The position numbers were made by a program, and so were the translations under genes. Positions 53,543 to 62,234 of a stretch of DNA of 64,000 nt are shown here, piece by piece. Source of the stretch: Phycisphaerales bacterium (GTDB lineage: Bacteria > Planctomycetota > Phycisphaerae > Phycisphaerales > UBA1924). Within the stretch, counting starts at the first letter, position 1. Every line of letters begins with the position of its first letter. The notes beneath the pieces were generated by a model that was not told the DNA's origin, did no database searches, and saw only the letters and a list, made by a program, of their open reading frames with translations. Location: NCBI GenBank assembly GCA_965227775.1, contig OZ245777.1:2336001-2400000 (forward strand), read 5' to 3'.

Positions 53543-54808
53543 ATGATCCGCACGTTCCGAATGCTTGTGATCAGCTCGCTTGCCGCGATGCTGTGCTGCG
53601 CCCCGGCGGCCATCGCCCAAGAGGCCAAGCCCATTGCGGTGGGGGACTCCGCCCCGCCGATCGGCGTCGAGGCCTGGAGCCAGCTGCCGGAGGGTATTGA
53701 CCGGTATGACTGGGAGTCCCTTAAGGGGACGACGGTTGTCATCGAATTCTGGGCCACGTGGTGCGGGCCGTGCATTGCCGCCATCCCACACATGAATGAC
53801 CTCGCCGAGAAGTTCGAGGGCGAGGTCGTCTTCATCTCGGTGACCGACGAGCCCGAGGAGAAGACGCTGGCACTCCGCGAAAAGCGGCCGATGAAGAGCG
53901 TGCTTGGGTTCGACACCGACAAGTCGATGCACAAGGCCTACGGCGTGCGTGGCATTCCCGCGACGTTCGTTGTCGACAAGGAAGGCAAGATCGCATCGAT
54001 CACGCACCCGAACCGACTGACTGCCGAGAAGCTGCGCGGCCATGTGAATGGCAAGCACGACGAGCCCGATGGGCCGGCCGAGGCATGGAGCGTTGGTGCG
54101 ATCTCATCCGGCGTCGATCCGTTCGATCGGGCGTTCAACGTCCCTATCGGACAATTGATTTTTCGTGAAGCCGTGGGTGTGGGCATGATGCGTTCGGGCA
54201 AGGGCCCAACCAATGTCACCAGCGTCGACTCGAGCCCGCTCGAACTCATTACCTACGTCTTCAAAGTCCAGCCCTGGCAGGTGACGATGCCCGAGGGCTA
54301 CGTCGACGATGAGGCCCAGCACTACGATCTCATCGTTCGCTTGCCCCAGGCGACCTTCGGTGATCAACGTGCGACGATTCGCAGCGTGGTGCTCTCTGGC
54401 ATGGGCATGGACGCCACGGTCGAGGACCGGAACGTCCGGGGATTCAAGCTGCGTGCTGCCGAGGGTGGAATCAAGATGCAGGAGGCCGACCCCATCGAGC
54501 CGGGTGGCTACAGCAGCTCGAGCTTCACGTTTACTTCGGCGGCGGCGAACATGCACTCCTTCGCTTGGTGGCTGCAGGGCGTGCTTGGTGCTCCGCTCGA
54601 TGCCGACCTTGACCTCGAAGCACGGTACGCCGTCGACTTCGGCGTACACGCCGCATTCGACTCGACGGACGCCAACGACCTGGAGCTGATGCAGCGGAAG
54701 CTCCGCGACGAACTCGGGTTGGCTCTCGAGCCGAAGGAGAACGTGGTGCCAATGGTCACCGTGTCGATGGGGGCCAAGGCCGACGAACCTGGAGCGCAAC
54801 AGAACTAG
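53543..54808 (+). CDS. Secreted TlpA-like redoxin fused to a TIGR03435-like C-terminal domain
   Basis: IEFWATWCGPC, YGVRGIP; C-terminal YDLIVR...LRDELGLALE; SD GGAGGAGG. Confidence 0.75.
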   Translation: MIRTFRMLVISSLAAMLCCAPAAIAQEAKPIAVGDSAPPIGVEAWSQLPEGIDRYDWESLKGTTVVIEFWATWCGPCIAAIPHMNDLAEKFEGEVVFISVTDEPEEKTLALREKRPMKSVLGFDTDKSMHKAYGVRGIPATFVVDKEGKIASITHPNRLTAEKLRGHVNGKHDEPDGPAEAWSVGAISSGVDPFDRAFNVPIGQLIFREAVGVGMMRSGKGPTNVTSVDSSPLELITYVFKVQPWQVTMPEGYVDDEAQHYDLIVRLPQATFGDQRATIRSVVLSGMGMDATVEDRNVRGFKLRAAEGGIKMQEADPIEPGGYSSSSFTFTSAAANMHSFAWWLQGVLGAPLDADLDLEARYAVDFGVHAAFDSTDANDLELMQRKLRDELGLALEPKENVVPMVTVSMGAKADEPGAQQN

Positions 54809-57129
54809 TCGCAACCCGCGTCGAAGGCGTTCTGGAACGCCAAAAAGTCGAACAGTGTGAACATGCCGTCGCCGTCGAAGTCGGCACGGGGGTCGCCGGT
54901 CGCGAAGGCGTTCTGGAAGGCCAGGAAATCGAACAGCGTGAGGTCTCCGTCGCCGTCGAAGTCGGCCCGGCAGGCCACGGCGTTTGCCGTCAGCACGCTG
55001 ATGGTCTGCTCGTCTTTGTTGGCGATGGCGAGGTCGGGGTGGCCATCATCGTTGAGGTCGGCGACCGCAACAGCGGTGGTTCCCAGGCCGGCGGTGAACC
55101 GCAGCGTGGGCTCCATCGATCGATCGCTCCGCACGCGCACGATGTACACCGAGCCGTTCTGTGCGTCGGTGAGCAGCAAGTCTGCCGTACCATCGCCGTT
55201 GACGTCGGCGATGGTGGGCCGTCGATTGAGGCCGTCGACGTTGAACTGGTCCTTCACTGCGAGGCCATCCGGCCCGCCGAAGACGAGCGCTGCGGCCCCG
55301 CCTGAGGCGTTGACAACAGCAATGTCATCGAAACCATCGCCGTCGACGTCGCCCGCGGCGATGTGGTCCTGCCCAAAGCCGATGTCGATTGATTGGGCTT
55401 CCTGGAACGTGCCGCCGCCGGTGCCCAAGAACACGCTTGCGTTGGGCTCGGCAGCATTGGCCGTCGCCATGTCGGCAATGCCGTCTCCGTTGAAGTCGCC
55501 GAAGTCCACGCCCCTGGTCTGGCGTCCCGCGGAGAAGATCTGTCCCGGCTGGAAGGTGCCGTCGCCGTTGCCAAGGGCGAGCGTGAGGTTGCTGGCGCCC
55601 CAGCTCGGCGCAACGACGTCGGCGATCCCGTCGCCGTTTGCGTCGCCCGTGGCCACGTCGTAGGGAAAGCCGCTGTTGGGGATCAGAATCGGCGTCGCGA
55701 ATGCACCGCCCGTATTCAGCAGAACGGCCGAGTTCGCCGCAAAGAAGCTGGATGTCACCACGTCGAGCCGGCCATCGCCGTCGAAGTCGGCCACGTCGAT
55801 GCCCAGCGCGTCGGCGCCGGTCTCGAACGTAATCGGATCCGCGAAGCCACCGCCGGGCAACGCAACGTGCAACGCCACAGATCCCGGCACGCCGCGATTT
55901 GACGACACAAGGTCGGGCAGGCCGTCGCCGGTGAAATCTGCAGCGGCAGCATCAACCATCAGGCCAGGCGCGTCCAATGACTGCACGCCCCGAAGCCGGC
56001 CGGTGCCGTCGTTGAGCAGCACGGTCATGCCCGTTCCGGATGTGGCAAGGTCTAGATCGCCGTCCCCATCGGCGTCGATGAGTTCCGCGAGCCCGGCCAC
56101 GTTTCCTACACGCTGAGAGGGGAGCGGGGTGAATCCGCCTGTGCCATCATTGATGAACACCGTTGCCTGCCCGCCGGTGGCGAACGACGTGGCCGTGCGA
56201 ACCGCGTCCAAGTCGCCGTCGCCGTCGAGATCGCCGAGCGCTAGGCCCGTGCCCGTCCCGATGGCGGGGAAGCTCTCGAACTCGGCGTACGTGCCTGCGC
56301 CGAGCCCGCGGATCAAGGAGAGGTCGTTTGCCGTTGTGGCGAGGATGTCGCGGAAACCATCGCCGTCGATGTCGACGAACTCCAGGGCGTTCGGGCTCGG
56401 TCCGAGCAAGAACTCGCGGGAGAACGAGAGGGTTCCCGTTCCATCTCCGACGAACAGGCTGAGCGAGGCGTCAAACCGCTCGGCGACCAGAACATCAGCG
56501 TGCCCGTCACCATCGATATCGGCCACGAGCACACCGCGGGGCGTGTCCGTTACCGGGTAGCGGACATCGGGGTCGGTGAACGTCCCATCGCCACGGCCGA
56601 ACACGGGGATGACCTCGTTGTTCCTTCCGTCGATGACGATCGCGTCGAGGATTCCGTCGCCGTTCAAATCGCCCAGGTCGACACCGGTGAGCCCCACGCC
56701 CACTGCTTGGCTCGATCTGAAGAAGCTGCCCGCCCCGTCGTTCAGCCGGATTGCCAGCGAAGTGGAGCCAACGCCGATGAAGTCGAGATCGCCGTCGTTG
56801 TCCAGGTCGCCCGCGACGGGAGCACTGCCCGCACCGCCCCCGTCGGACTGCGGCTCCAGCAACGCGCCATCCCCGGCGAAGTACATCTGCAGGACCGTAC
56901 CCAAGGAGGCCAGGTCGTCTCGGCCATCGCCGTTAAAGTCGCCTACGAGGGGGCTGCCGCCGGGCAGTGCTGCGCCCGGATACTGGAGCCGAGGCTCGAT
57001 GTCTTGGCCGATGGCGGCTGCTTGCCCGGCCAGGGTCAGCACCGCCGCAAGGGCACCCGTGCCCATTGCCACCTTGCGCCGCTTGCGACCGTCGGAGGTA
57101 CCGAAGCCAGGCGAATTCTGCGTGTTCAT
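54805..57129 (-). CDS. Secreted VCBS/FG-GAP repeat protein with GC-type dockerin
   Basis: About 13 GD(F/L)xGDGxxD repeats; ends CRADFDGDG...FDAGCD. Confidence 0.85.
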   Translation of the reverse strand: MNTQNSPGFGTSDGRKRRKVAMGTGALAAVLTLAGQAAAIGQDIEPRLQYPGAALPGGSPLVGDFNGDGRDDLASLGTVLQMYFAGDGALLEPQSDGGGAGSAPVAGDLDNDGDLDFIGVGSTSLAIRLNDGAGSFFRSSQAVGVGLTGVDLGDLNGDGILDAIVIDGRNNEVIPVFGRGDGTFTDPDVRYPVTDTPRGVLVADIDGDGHADVLVAERFDASLSLFVGDGTGTLSFSREFLLGPSPNALEFVDIDGDGFRDILATTANDLSLIRGLGAGTYAEFESFPAIGTGTGLALGDLDGDGDLDAVRTATSFATGGQATVFINDGTGGFTPLPSQRVGNVAGLAELIDADGDGDLDLATSGTGMTVLLNDGTGRLRGVQSLDAPGLMVDAAAADFTGDGLPDLVSSNRGVPGSVALHVALPGGGFADPITFETGADALGIDVADFDGDGRLDVVTSSFFAANSAVLLNTGGAFATPILIPNSGFPYDVATGDANGDGIADVVAPSWGASNLTLALGNGDGTFQPGQIFSAGRQTRGVDFGDFNGDGIADMATANAAEPNASVFLGTGGGTFQEAQSIDIGFGQDHIAAGDVDGDGFDDIAVVNASGGAAALVFGGPDGLAVKDQFNVDGLNRRPTIADVNGDGTADLLLTDAQNGSVYIVRVRSDRSMEPTLRFTAGLGTTAVAVADLNDDGHPDLAIANKDEQTISVLTANAVACRADFDGDGDLTLFDFLAFQNAFATGDPRADFDGDGMFTLFDFLAFQNAFDAGCD

Positions 57130-57330
57130 CGTGGACTCCCGGTTCAGACCCGTTGCTCAGTTCCACCACGGTGTGCCGGGCAGGCGTGGGCGGAACGACC
57201 TTCGATACTGCCCGCCCCGGTCTTGGTTGCCATCGCGGCCCGCGCAGATTGAAAACCGGCGTCTGTTTGGGCTGCTGTGGGCTTCGCCCGAACCCCCTGC
57301 AGACCCTCAATCCGCCTATACTCGCCGCCT

Positions 57331-58209
57331 ATGGCCAAGACCCGCGAGATCAAGAAGCGCATCAAGGCGGTCAAGAACATCCAGCGGATTACCCGCACGA
57401 TGCAGATGATCGCCACCAGCAAGTTTGCCAAGAGCCAGAGCCGGGCCGAGGCGACCAAGCCCTACACGGAGGGCATCTTCGAGTTGGTCCAGGAGCTTGC
57501 CGCCACCGCCGGCAACGTCAGCCACCCGCTGATCGAGGGCCCCGAGGGCGGCTTCAAGGACGACGCCCGCCCGCTCACGCTGGTCATCACGAGCGATCGC
57601 GGCCTGTGCGGCCCGTACAACGGCTCGGTCCTCCGCACCGCCATCAAGCAGCTGCGTTCTGAGGGCGCCAGCGACCCGCGCGTCGAGGTCGTGGGTAAGA
57701 AGGGCGTCGCGTTCATGAAATTCAATGGCGTGAACGTCCACCGCCACCACACGCAGTTCGGGGATCGGCCCGAGTTCGAGGACGTCCAGGAACTGGCCCA
57801 GCACTACATCGAGCTCTTCGAAGCTGGACGCATCACCGGCGTGAACCTGATCTACATGCGGTACATCTCGGTCGCTCGGCAGAGCCCGACGATCGTGCCG
57901 CTGCTGCCGCTCAAGCCACCGGCCGTTGAGAAGCAGGAAGAGGGCTTCTCGGCACAATACGAGTTCAGCCCAGACGCCGAGGGCCTGTTGGCCGAGCTGC
58001 TGCCTGAGACGGTCAAGACCACGCTGTTCCAGGCGTTCAACGACGCCGTGGTCAGCGAGAACATCGCCCGCATGGTGGCGATGAAGGCCGCGACCGACAA
58101 CGCCGGCAAGATGGGCAAGGCCCTGAAGCGCAAGTTCAACCGCGCTCGCCAGGCCCAGATCACCACCGAGCTGAACGAGATCGTGTCGGGCGCCGCGGCG
58201 CTGGGCTGA
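57331..58209 (+). CDS. atpG: ATP synthase F1 gamma subunit
   Basis: IKKRIKAVKNIQRITRTM, SDRGLCG, SENIARMVAMKAATDNA, RQAQITTEL. Confidence 0.97.
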   Translation: MAKTREIKKRIKAVKNIQRITRTMQMIATSKFAKSQSRAEATKPYTEGIFELVQELAATAGNVSHPLIEGPEGGFKDDARPLTLVITSDRGLCGPYNGSVLRTAIKQLRSEGASDPRVEVVGKKGVAFMKFNGVNVHRHHTQFGDRPEFEDVQELAQHYIELFEAGRITGVNLIYMRYISVARQSPTIVPLLPLKPPAVEKQEEGFSAQYEFSPDAEGLLAELLPETVKTTLFQAFNDAVVSENIARMVAMKAATDNAGKMGKALKRKFNRARQAQITTELNEIVSGAAALG

Positions 58210-58260
58210 TTCTCAAGCCCACGGGTGAATCGACCTGCCCACGACTTCGGACGTGGGTTT

Positions 58261-59031
58261 TTACTGCGCCCTCTGATACCAATGCACCGCCGTCGTCCCG
58301 TACTCGTGGGTCTCCGGCCCGACGGCCCCCTCGATCTCCAGGGGCCCATCGATGAACTGCGGGCCGTCCGCGCCTTCTTCGATGACCTCGCCGGCTGCGA
58401 TGGCCTCGAACATGGCCTCGATCTCGTCGATGTCCTGCGTGTCGAGCGAGCCGTCGTCCAGGTTGAGTGAGATGACCTCTTCCTTCTCGGGCTTGTGCTT
58501 GCCGCGGCGGGGTTCGAGCTCTGGCGATTCGGTCTCGGGCAACTGCAGAAAAGGCCACGGCGTGCGCAGCAGGAGGTAGCCGTCGTCGGTGAGCTTTTGC
58601 ACCAGCTTGCCCGCCTGCGCGAGCACGCGGCGCCAGCTTTGCGGGTCGCGAGCCAGCGGGTAGGGAGGGTCCATCATGACGACCGTGACAGGGTTCGGGC
58701 ACCGCGCGAACGCCAACGGCCCAAGCGCGTCCCCTTCGACCACTTCGGTCGCGCGGACCGCGTCGAGCTTGGCGATGTTCGTTCTCAGGATCTCTCGGAT
58801 CTTGCGGTCACGCTCGACGAAGACCACTCGCTCGGCACCGCGGCTGAGGGCCTCGAGGCCAAACGAGCCCGTGCCCGCGAACGCATCGAACACGCTCGGC
58901 CCTTCGACCATGTGCCCCTGCAGCATGTTGAAGATCGACTCGCGCACGCGGTCGGGCAGGGGCCTGGTGGTCTTGTCGTCGGGCGGGCCCTTCAGGATCG
59001 TCCGCTTGAATTGGCCGCCGATGATGCGCAT
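58261..59031 (-). CDS. rsmD: 16S rRNA m2G966 methyltransferase RsmD family
   Basis: MRIIGG, TRP..DRVRESIFN, FAGTGSFGLEALSRGA, DPPY, YG. Confidence 0.9.
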   Translation of the reverse strand: MRIIGGQFKRTILKGPPDDKTTRPLPDRVRESIFNMLQGHMVEGPSVFDAFAGTGSFGLEALSRGAERVVFVERDRKIREILRTNIAKLDAVRATEVVEGDALGPLAFARCPNPVTVVMMDPPYPLARDPQSWRRVLAQAGKLVQKLTDDGYLLLRTPWPFLQLPETESPELEPRRGKHKPEKEEVISLNLDDGSLDTQDIDEIEAMFEAIAAGEVIEEGADGPQFIDGPLEIEGAVGPETHEYGTTAVHWYQRAQ

Positions 59032-59061
59032 TGCCGAGCAAAGCGCGACCACGAGCCCGAG

Positions 59062-60426
59062 TCAAGCCTCGTCGGCGTCGGTCCGGCTTGGCTCGTCCTG
59101 CGCGACCGCTGCGGGCTCGCCGACGAGTTCCAGCTTCACCCGCCGAACGCGGGTCTGCTCGGCGCTGGTCACGATGAGCCGCACCTCGCCCTCCACCCAG
59201 GCGTCGCCGATGTCGGGAATGCGGCCGAGCCGGGTCGAGACGTAGCCGCCCACCGTGTCGTAATCATCCTCTTCGGGCAGCACGACGTTGAGCGGCCGCA
59301 ACGCGTCGTTCGCGTCATCGATGTGGGCCTGCGCGTCGATCTCGGCCGTCCGTCGCTCGAGGTCGATCTTGACCTCGGGCTCGTCTTCGGGCGCGTCCTC
59401 GTACTCGTCGTGGATTTCGCCGAAGACCTCCTCGACGATGTCTTCGATCGTGACGAGGCCGGCGGTACCCCCGTACTCGTCGGCGACCATCGCGATGTGC
59501 ACGCGGCTCTGGATCATTTCGCGGAGCAGCTCTCGCACCGTCTTCGTTTCGGGGATAAACAGGGCCGTGCGGAGAATGTCCTGGAGATGGAAGTGCTCCG
59601 CGTGGCCGTTTCCGGGCTCGGCCAGCCACTTCAGCAGGTCCTTGGCGTACAGGAAGCCGGCGATGGTGTCGAGGTTCTCGCGGTACACCGGTATCCGGCT
59701 GTGGTGGCTGTCGCGCACGTACCGCTTCACGTCGGAAATGTCGTCGGTGTACTCAAGCGCCTCGATGGCCGTGCGCGGCGTCATGATCTCGTCGACGCTG
59801 GTCGAACGAAATTCGACGACCGCCTCGATCATGTCGCGCTCGGTCTCGTCCACGCCGCCGAATCGCTCGGCCTGCTCGACGGCGCTCAGGATCTCGGCCT
59901 CGGCCGTATCCTCGCTATCGGCACCCGCGAGGCGGCGGACAACCTCGTCAAAGAACAGATACGCGCCCGCGAAGGGTCGCAGCGGAATCAAGAGGCCTCG
60001 GATGATCGGCGCGGTTGCCCGCAGCGTTGGTCCCCACGCGTGCCGGGCGATCGCGGCGGGCAAGGCCATGTTGGACACCCACAGGACGGGCGATGCGATC
60101 GCGATGCCCAGCACGAGCGACACCCACCCGATCTCGACGCCGCTTCCCGATTCGGGAGGATCCAGCAACATCGCCAGATGGAGTACGACAGCTACCGGCA
60201 CGAGCAGACTGAATGCGATGCGCGGCAGGGCGATTGCGCCTGCCGACACGTCGGCGCGATCGAGGATTGAGCGGATTTGTGCTCGCCTCGCATCGTCGGC
60301 GATGCCGCGAAGCCAGTCTTCACCCGCGACGCGGTGGGCGTGCCGGAGCGTCTGATGGAGGATGGCGAACACGCAGCCCACGAAGGCCGCACCGACGGCG
60401 ATCCAGAACCACACCATCGCGCTCAT
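59062..60426 (-). CDS. Hemolysin/CorC-family CNNM-CBS protein
   Basis: N-terminal TMs, IMTPR, HSRIPVY, DEYGGTAGLVTIEDIVEEVFGEI, CorC C-terminus. Confidence 0.9.
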   Translation of the reverse strand: MSAMVWFWIAVGAAFVGCVFAILHQTLRHAHRVAGEDWLRGIADDARRAQIRSILDRADVSAGAIALPRIAFSLLVPVAVVLHLAMLLDPPESGSGVEIGWVSLVLGIAIASPVLWVSNMALPAAIARHAWGPTLRATAPIIRGLLIPLRPFAGAYLFFDEVVRRLAGADSEDTAEAEILSAVEQAERFGGVDETERDMIEAVVEFRSTSVDEIMTPRTAIEALEYTDDISDVKRYVRDSHHSRIPVYRENLDTIAGFLYAKDLLKWLAEPGNGHAEHFHLQDILRTALFIPETKTVRELLREMIQSRVHIAMVADEYGGTAGLVTIEDIVEEVFGEIHDEYEDAPEDEPEVKIDLERRTAEIDAQAHIDDANDALRPLNVVLPEEDDYDTVGGYVSTRLGRIPDIGDAWVEGEVRLIVTSAEQTRVRRVKLELVGEPAAVAQDEPSRTDADEA

Positions 60427-60995
60427 GCGGAGCCGCCTCCGCGTGTGGGCGAGAACGTGGCTCCGACGCCGACCGCCTCGAGGAGTTCATCCTCCAACGC
60501 GTGCATCCGCTGGTACGAGGCCTCGTCGTGGTCGTCGTGTCCCAGGCAGTGCAGCAGGCCGTGCACGACGTAGAGCAGTAGTTCGCGTTCGAGAGTGTGA
60601 CCGTGCTGGCGGGCCCGTCGCCCTGCTTCGTCGATGCAGACCATCAGGTCCGCGTCCACGGGTGCGCCCCGGGCCGCTGCACCATCAGCCAGATCGAACG
60701 TCAGCACGTCGGTGGTGGTGGGGTCGCCGAGGTGTCGTTCGTGGGCGGCGGCCATCTCGGAGTCGCCCACGATGCGCACGCGTAGCTCGCCCTCAAGGTC
60801 CAGTTGCTCGCTGATTCGCGCGGTATGGCCAATAAGCCACGCACGCTTCGAGGGGTCGAAGGCGGAGCAGGCATCTCGGCTAATGGAGAGGTCTACGGAG
60901 AGGCCCTGTGAGCGTTCGGGGGGCTCTTCGGCCGGACTCGCCGGCTCCGGGTCGTCTGTGCCCGCGGGGGCTTCGTGGTCGAGTTGGACGAACAT
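60423..60995 (-). CDS. ybeY: rRNA maturation RNase YbeY
   Basis: TDVLTF, HGLLHCLGHDD. Confidence 0.9.
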   Translation of the reverse strand: MFVQLDHEAPAGTDDPEPASPAEEPPERSQGLSVDLSISRDACSAFDPSKRAWLIGHTARISEQLDLEGELRVRIVGDSEMAAAHERHLGDPTTTDVLTFDLADGAAARGAPVDADLMVCIDEAGRRARQHGHTLERELLLYVVHGLLHCLGHDDHDEASYQRMHALEDELLEAVGVGATFSPTRGGGSA

Positions 60996-61054
60996 GTCCG
61001 GGGCGGTCCTCCAGCCACAAGTTTACCGCCGTGGAGACCCCGGCGGAGCCGATC

Positions 61055-62113
61055 TCAGGCGGCCATCGGCGGCTCGTCGCTGTGGCCCTCGTTCTCTTCC
61101 CACTGGTCCATGGGGATGTGGCGGTGGTGGACCCGGATGATCCGGGCGAGCTGCTGGGCCATGATGTCGCCGATCACGCCTAGGCGGCGCAGCGTCGTGG
61201 CATCGAACGGATCCCGATCATCCCGGAACAGGGCCACGGCCGCAAGCATCTCGCCGTCGTGCTCGGCTGCGAAGGTCACTGCCTCGCAGCCGGTGAGCCA
61301 CGCGGCGTGCTCGCCCATGAGCTCATCGAGGGCGTCGTCACCACGATGCACACGCAGGGTGGGGTCCGACTCGATCGCCGGCGCCACCGAGGCGGCCACG
61401 TGGTCGAGCAGCATGTCGACGCAGTCCTTGGGACAGTCGTAGTTTACGTAGGCCCCAAGCGTGAACTCATCGCCGGCGGTCGGAAGGAACACCGCCGCGT
61501 TGGTCGGCCCGATCTTGTGCAGTACGTACTCGAGCGTCGTGCGCAACAGGCTCTCGACGTCGAGTTCCAGCCGTGCGAGCACACCGAACTCCGCTCGCAC
61601 GGTCACGAGGTCGGTATCGACCACGTCGCTCGCATTCGTAGGTGTGGGTGTCAGCGTCAGGGGCTTGGGTGCCGGGCCGCGGCGCCGCGGAGCACGAGTG
61701 ACCATGACGCCGATGCGCCGCGCTAGCTCGCGCTTGGGCGCATCGAGGACGAGCAGGTCGCTCATCCCGAGACGCATCGCTTCGGCTGCGTCGTCCACCG
61801 TTGGCGTGAACGAAGCGAGGGCCAAGCGGAATACGCCCTCGAATTCCTCGGCCAGCAGACGCCAGCGGGTGCCGTCGTCATCGGCCGCCACGAGCACGAG
61901 ATCCGGGCGGATGGCAAAGAGGTCGTCGGCTTCATCGAAGGTCAGAACGACGGGCGATACGCCAAGGGCCGCCTTCGCTTGCGACGCGAGGAGTCGGGCA
62001 ACGTCCCGCTGATCGGCGACGACCGCCACGCGGCTCGTCTGCTCCGTCGCTGGGCTGCTCGCGGGAGCGGCCTTGGACGGCTTGTTGAAGGGGTCTGGGG
62101 CAGCGTGGGCCAT
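61055..62113 (-). CDS. Degenerate receiver plus GAF-like domain protein
   Basis: RPDLVLV, AAEAMRLG (REC-like); coiled coil, then GAF-like fold ending VALFRD...F...MAQQL. Confidence 0.55.
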   Translation of the reverse strand: MAHAAPDPFNKPSKAAPASSPATEQTSRVAVVADQRDVARLLASQAKAALGVSPVVLTFDEADDLFAIRPDLVLVAADDDGTRWRLLAEEFEGVFRLALASFTPTVDDAAEAMRLGMSDLLVLDAPKRELARRIGVMVTRAPRRRGPAPKPLTLTPTPTNASDVVDTDLVTVRAEFGVLARLELDVESLLRTTLEYVLHKIGPTNAAVFLPTAGDEFTLGAYVNYDCPKDCVDMLLDHVAASVAPAIESDPTLRVHRGDDALDELMGEHAAWLTGCEAVTFAAEHDGEMLAAVALFRDDRDPFDATTLRRLGVIGDIMAQQLARIIRVHHRHIPMDQWEENEGHSDEPPMAA

Positions 62114-62234
62114 TGGGCGGGCTCTCCGTGCAATCCTCGCGTCGCGGGCGGGCCCCTCCGATGGACCCGCTCGTTCTGTGCATGGATCGACCGCATTGCG
62201 GGGCCAATCCAATCCAATCAACGCGATTGCAGGG

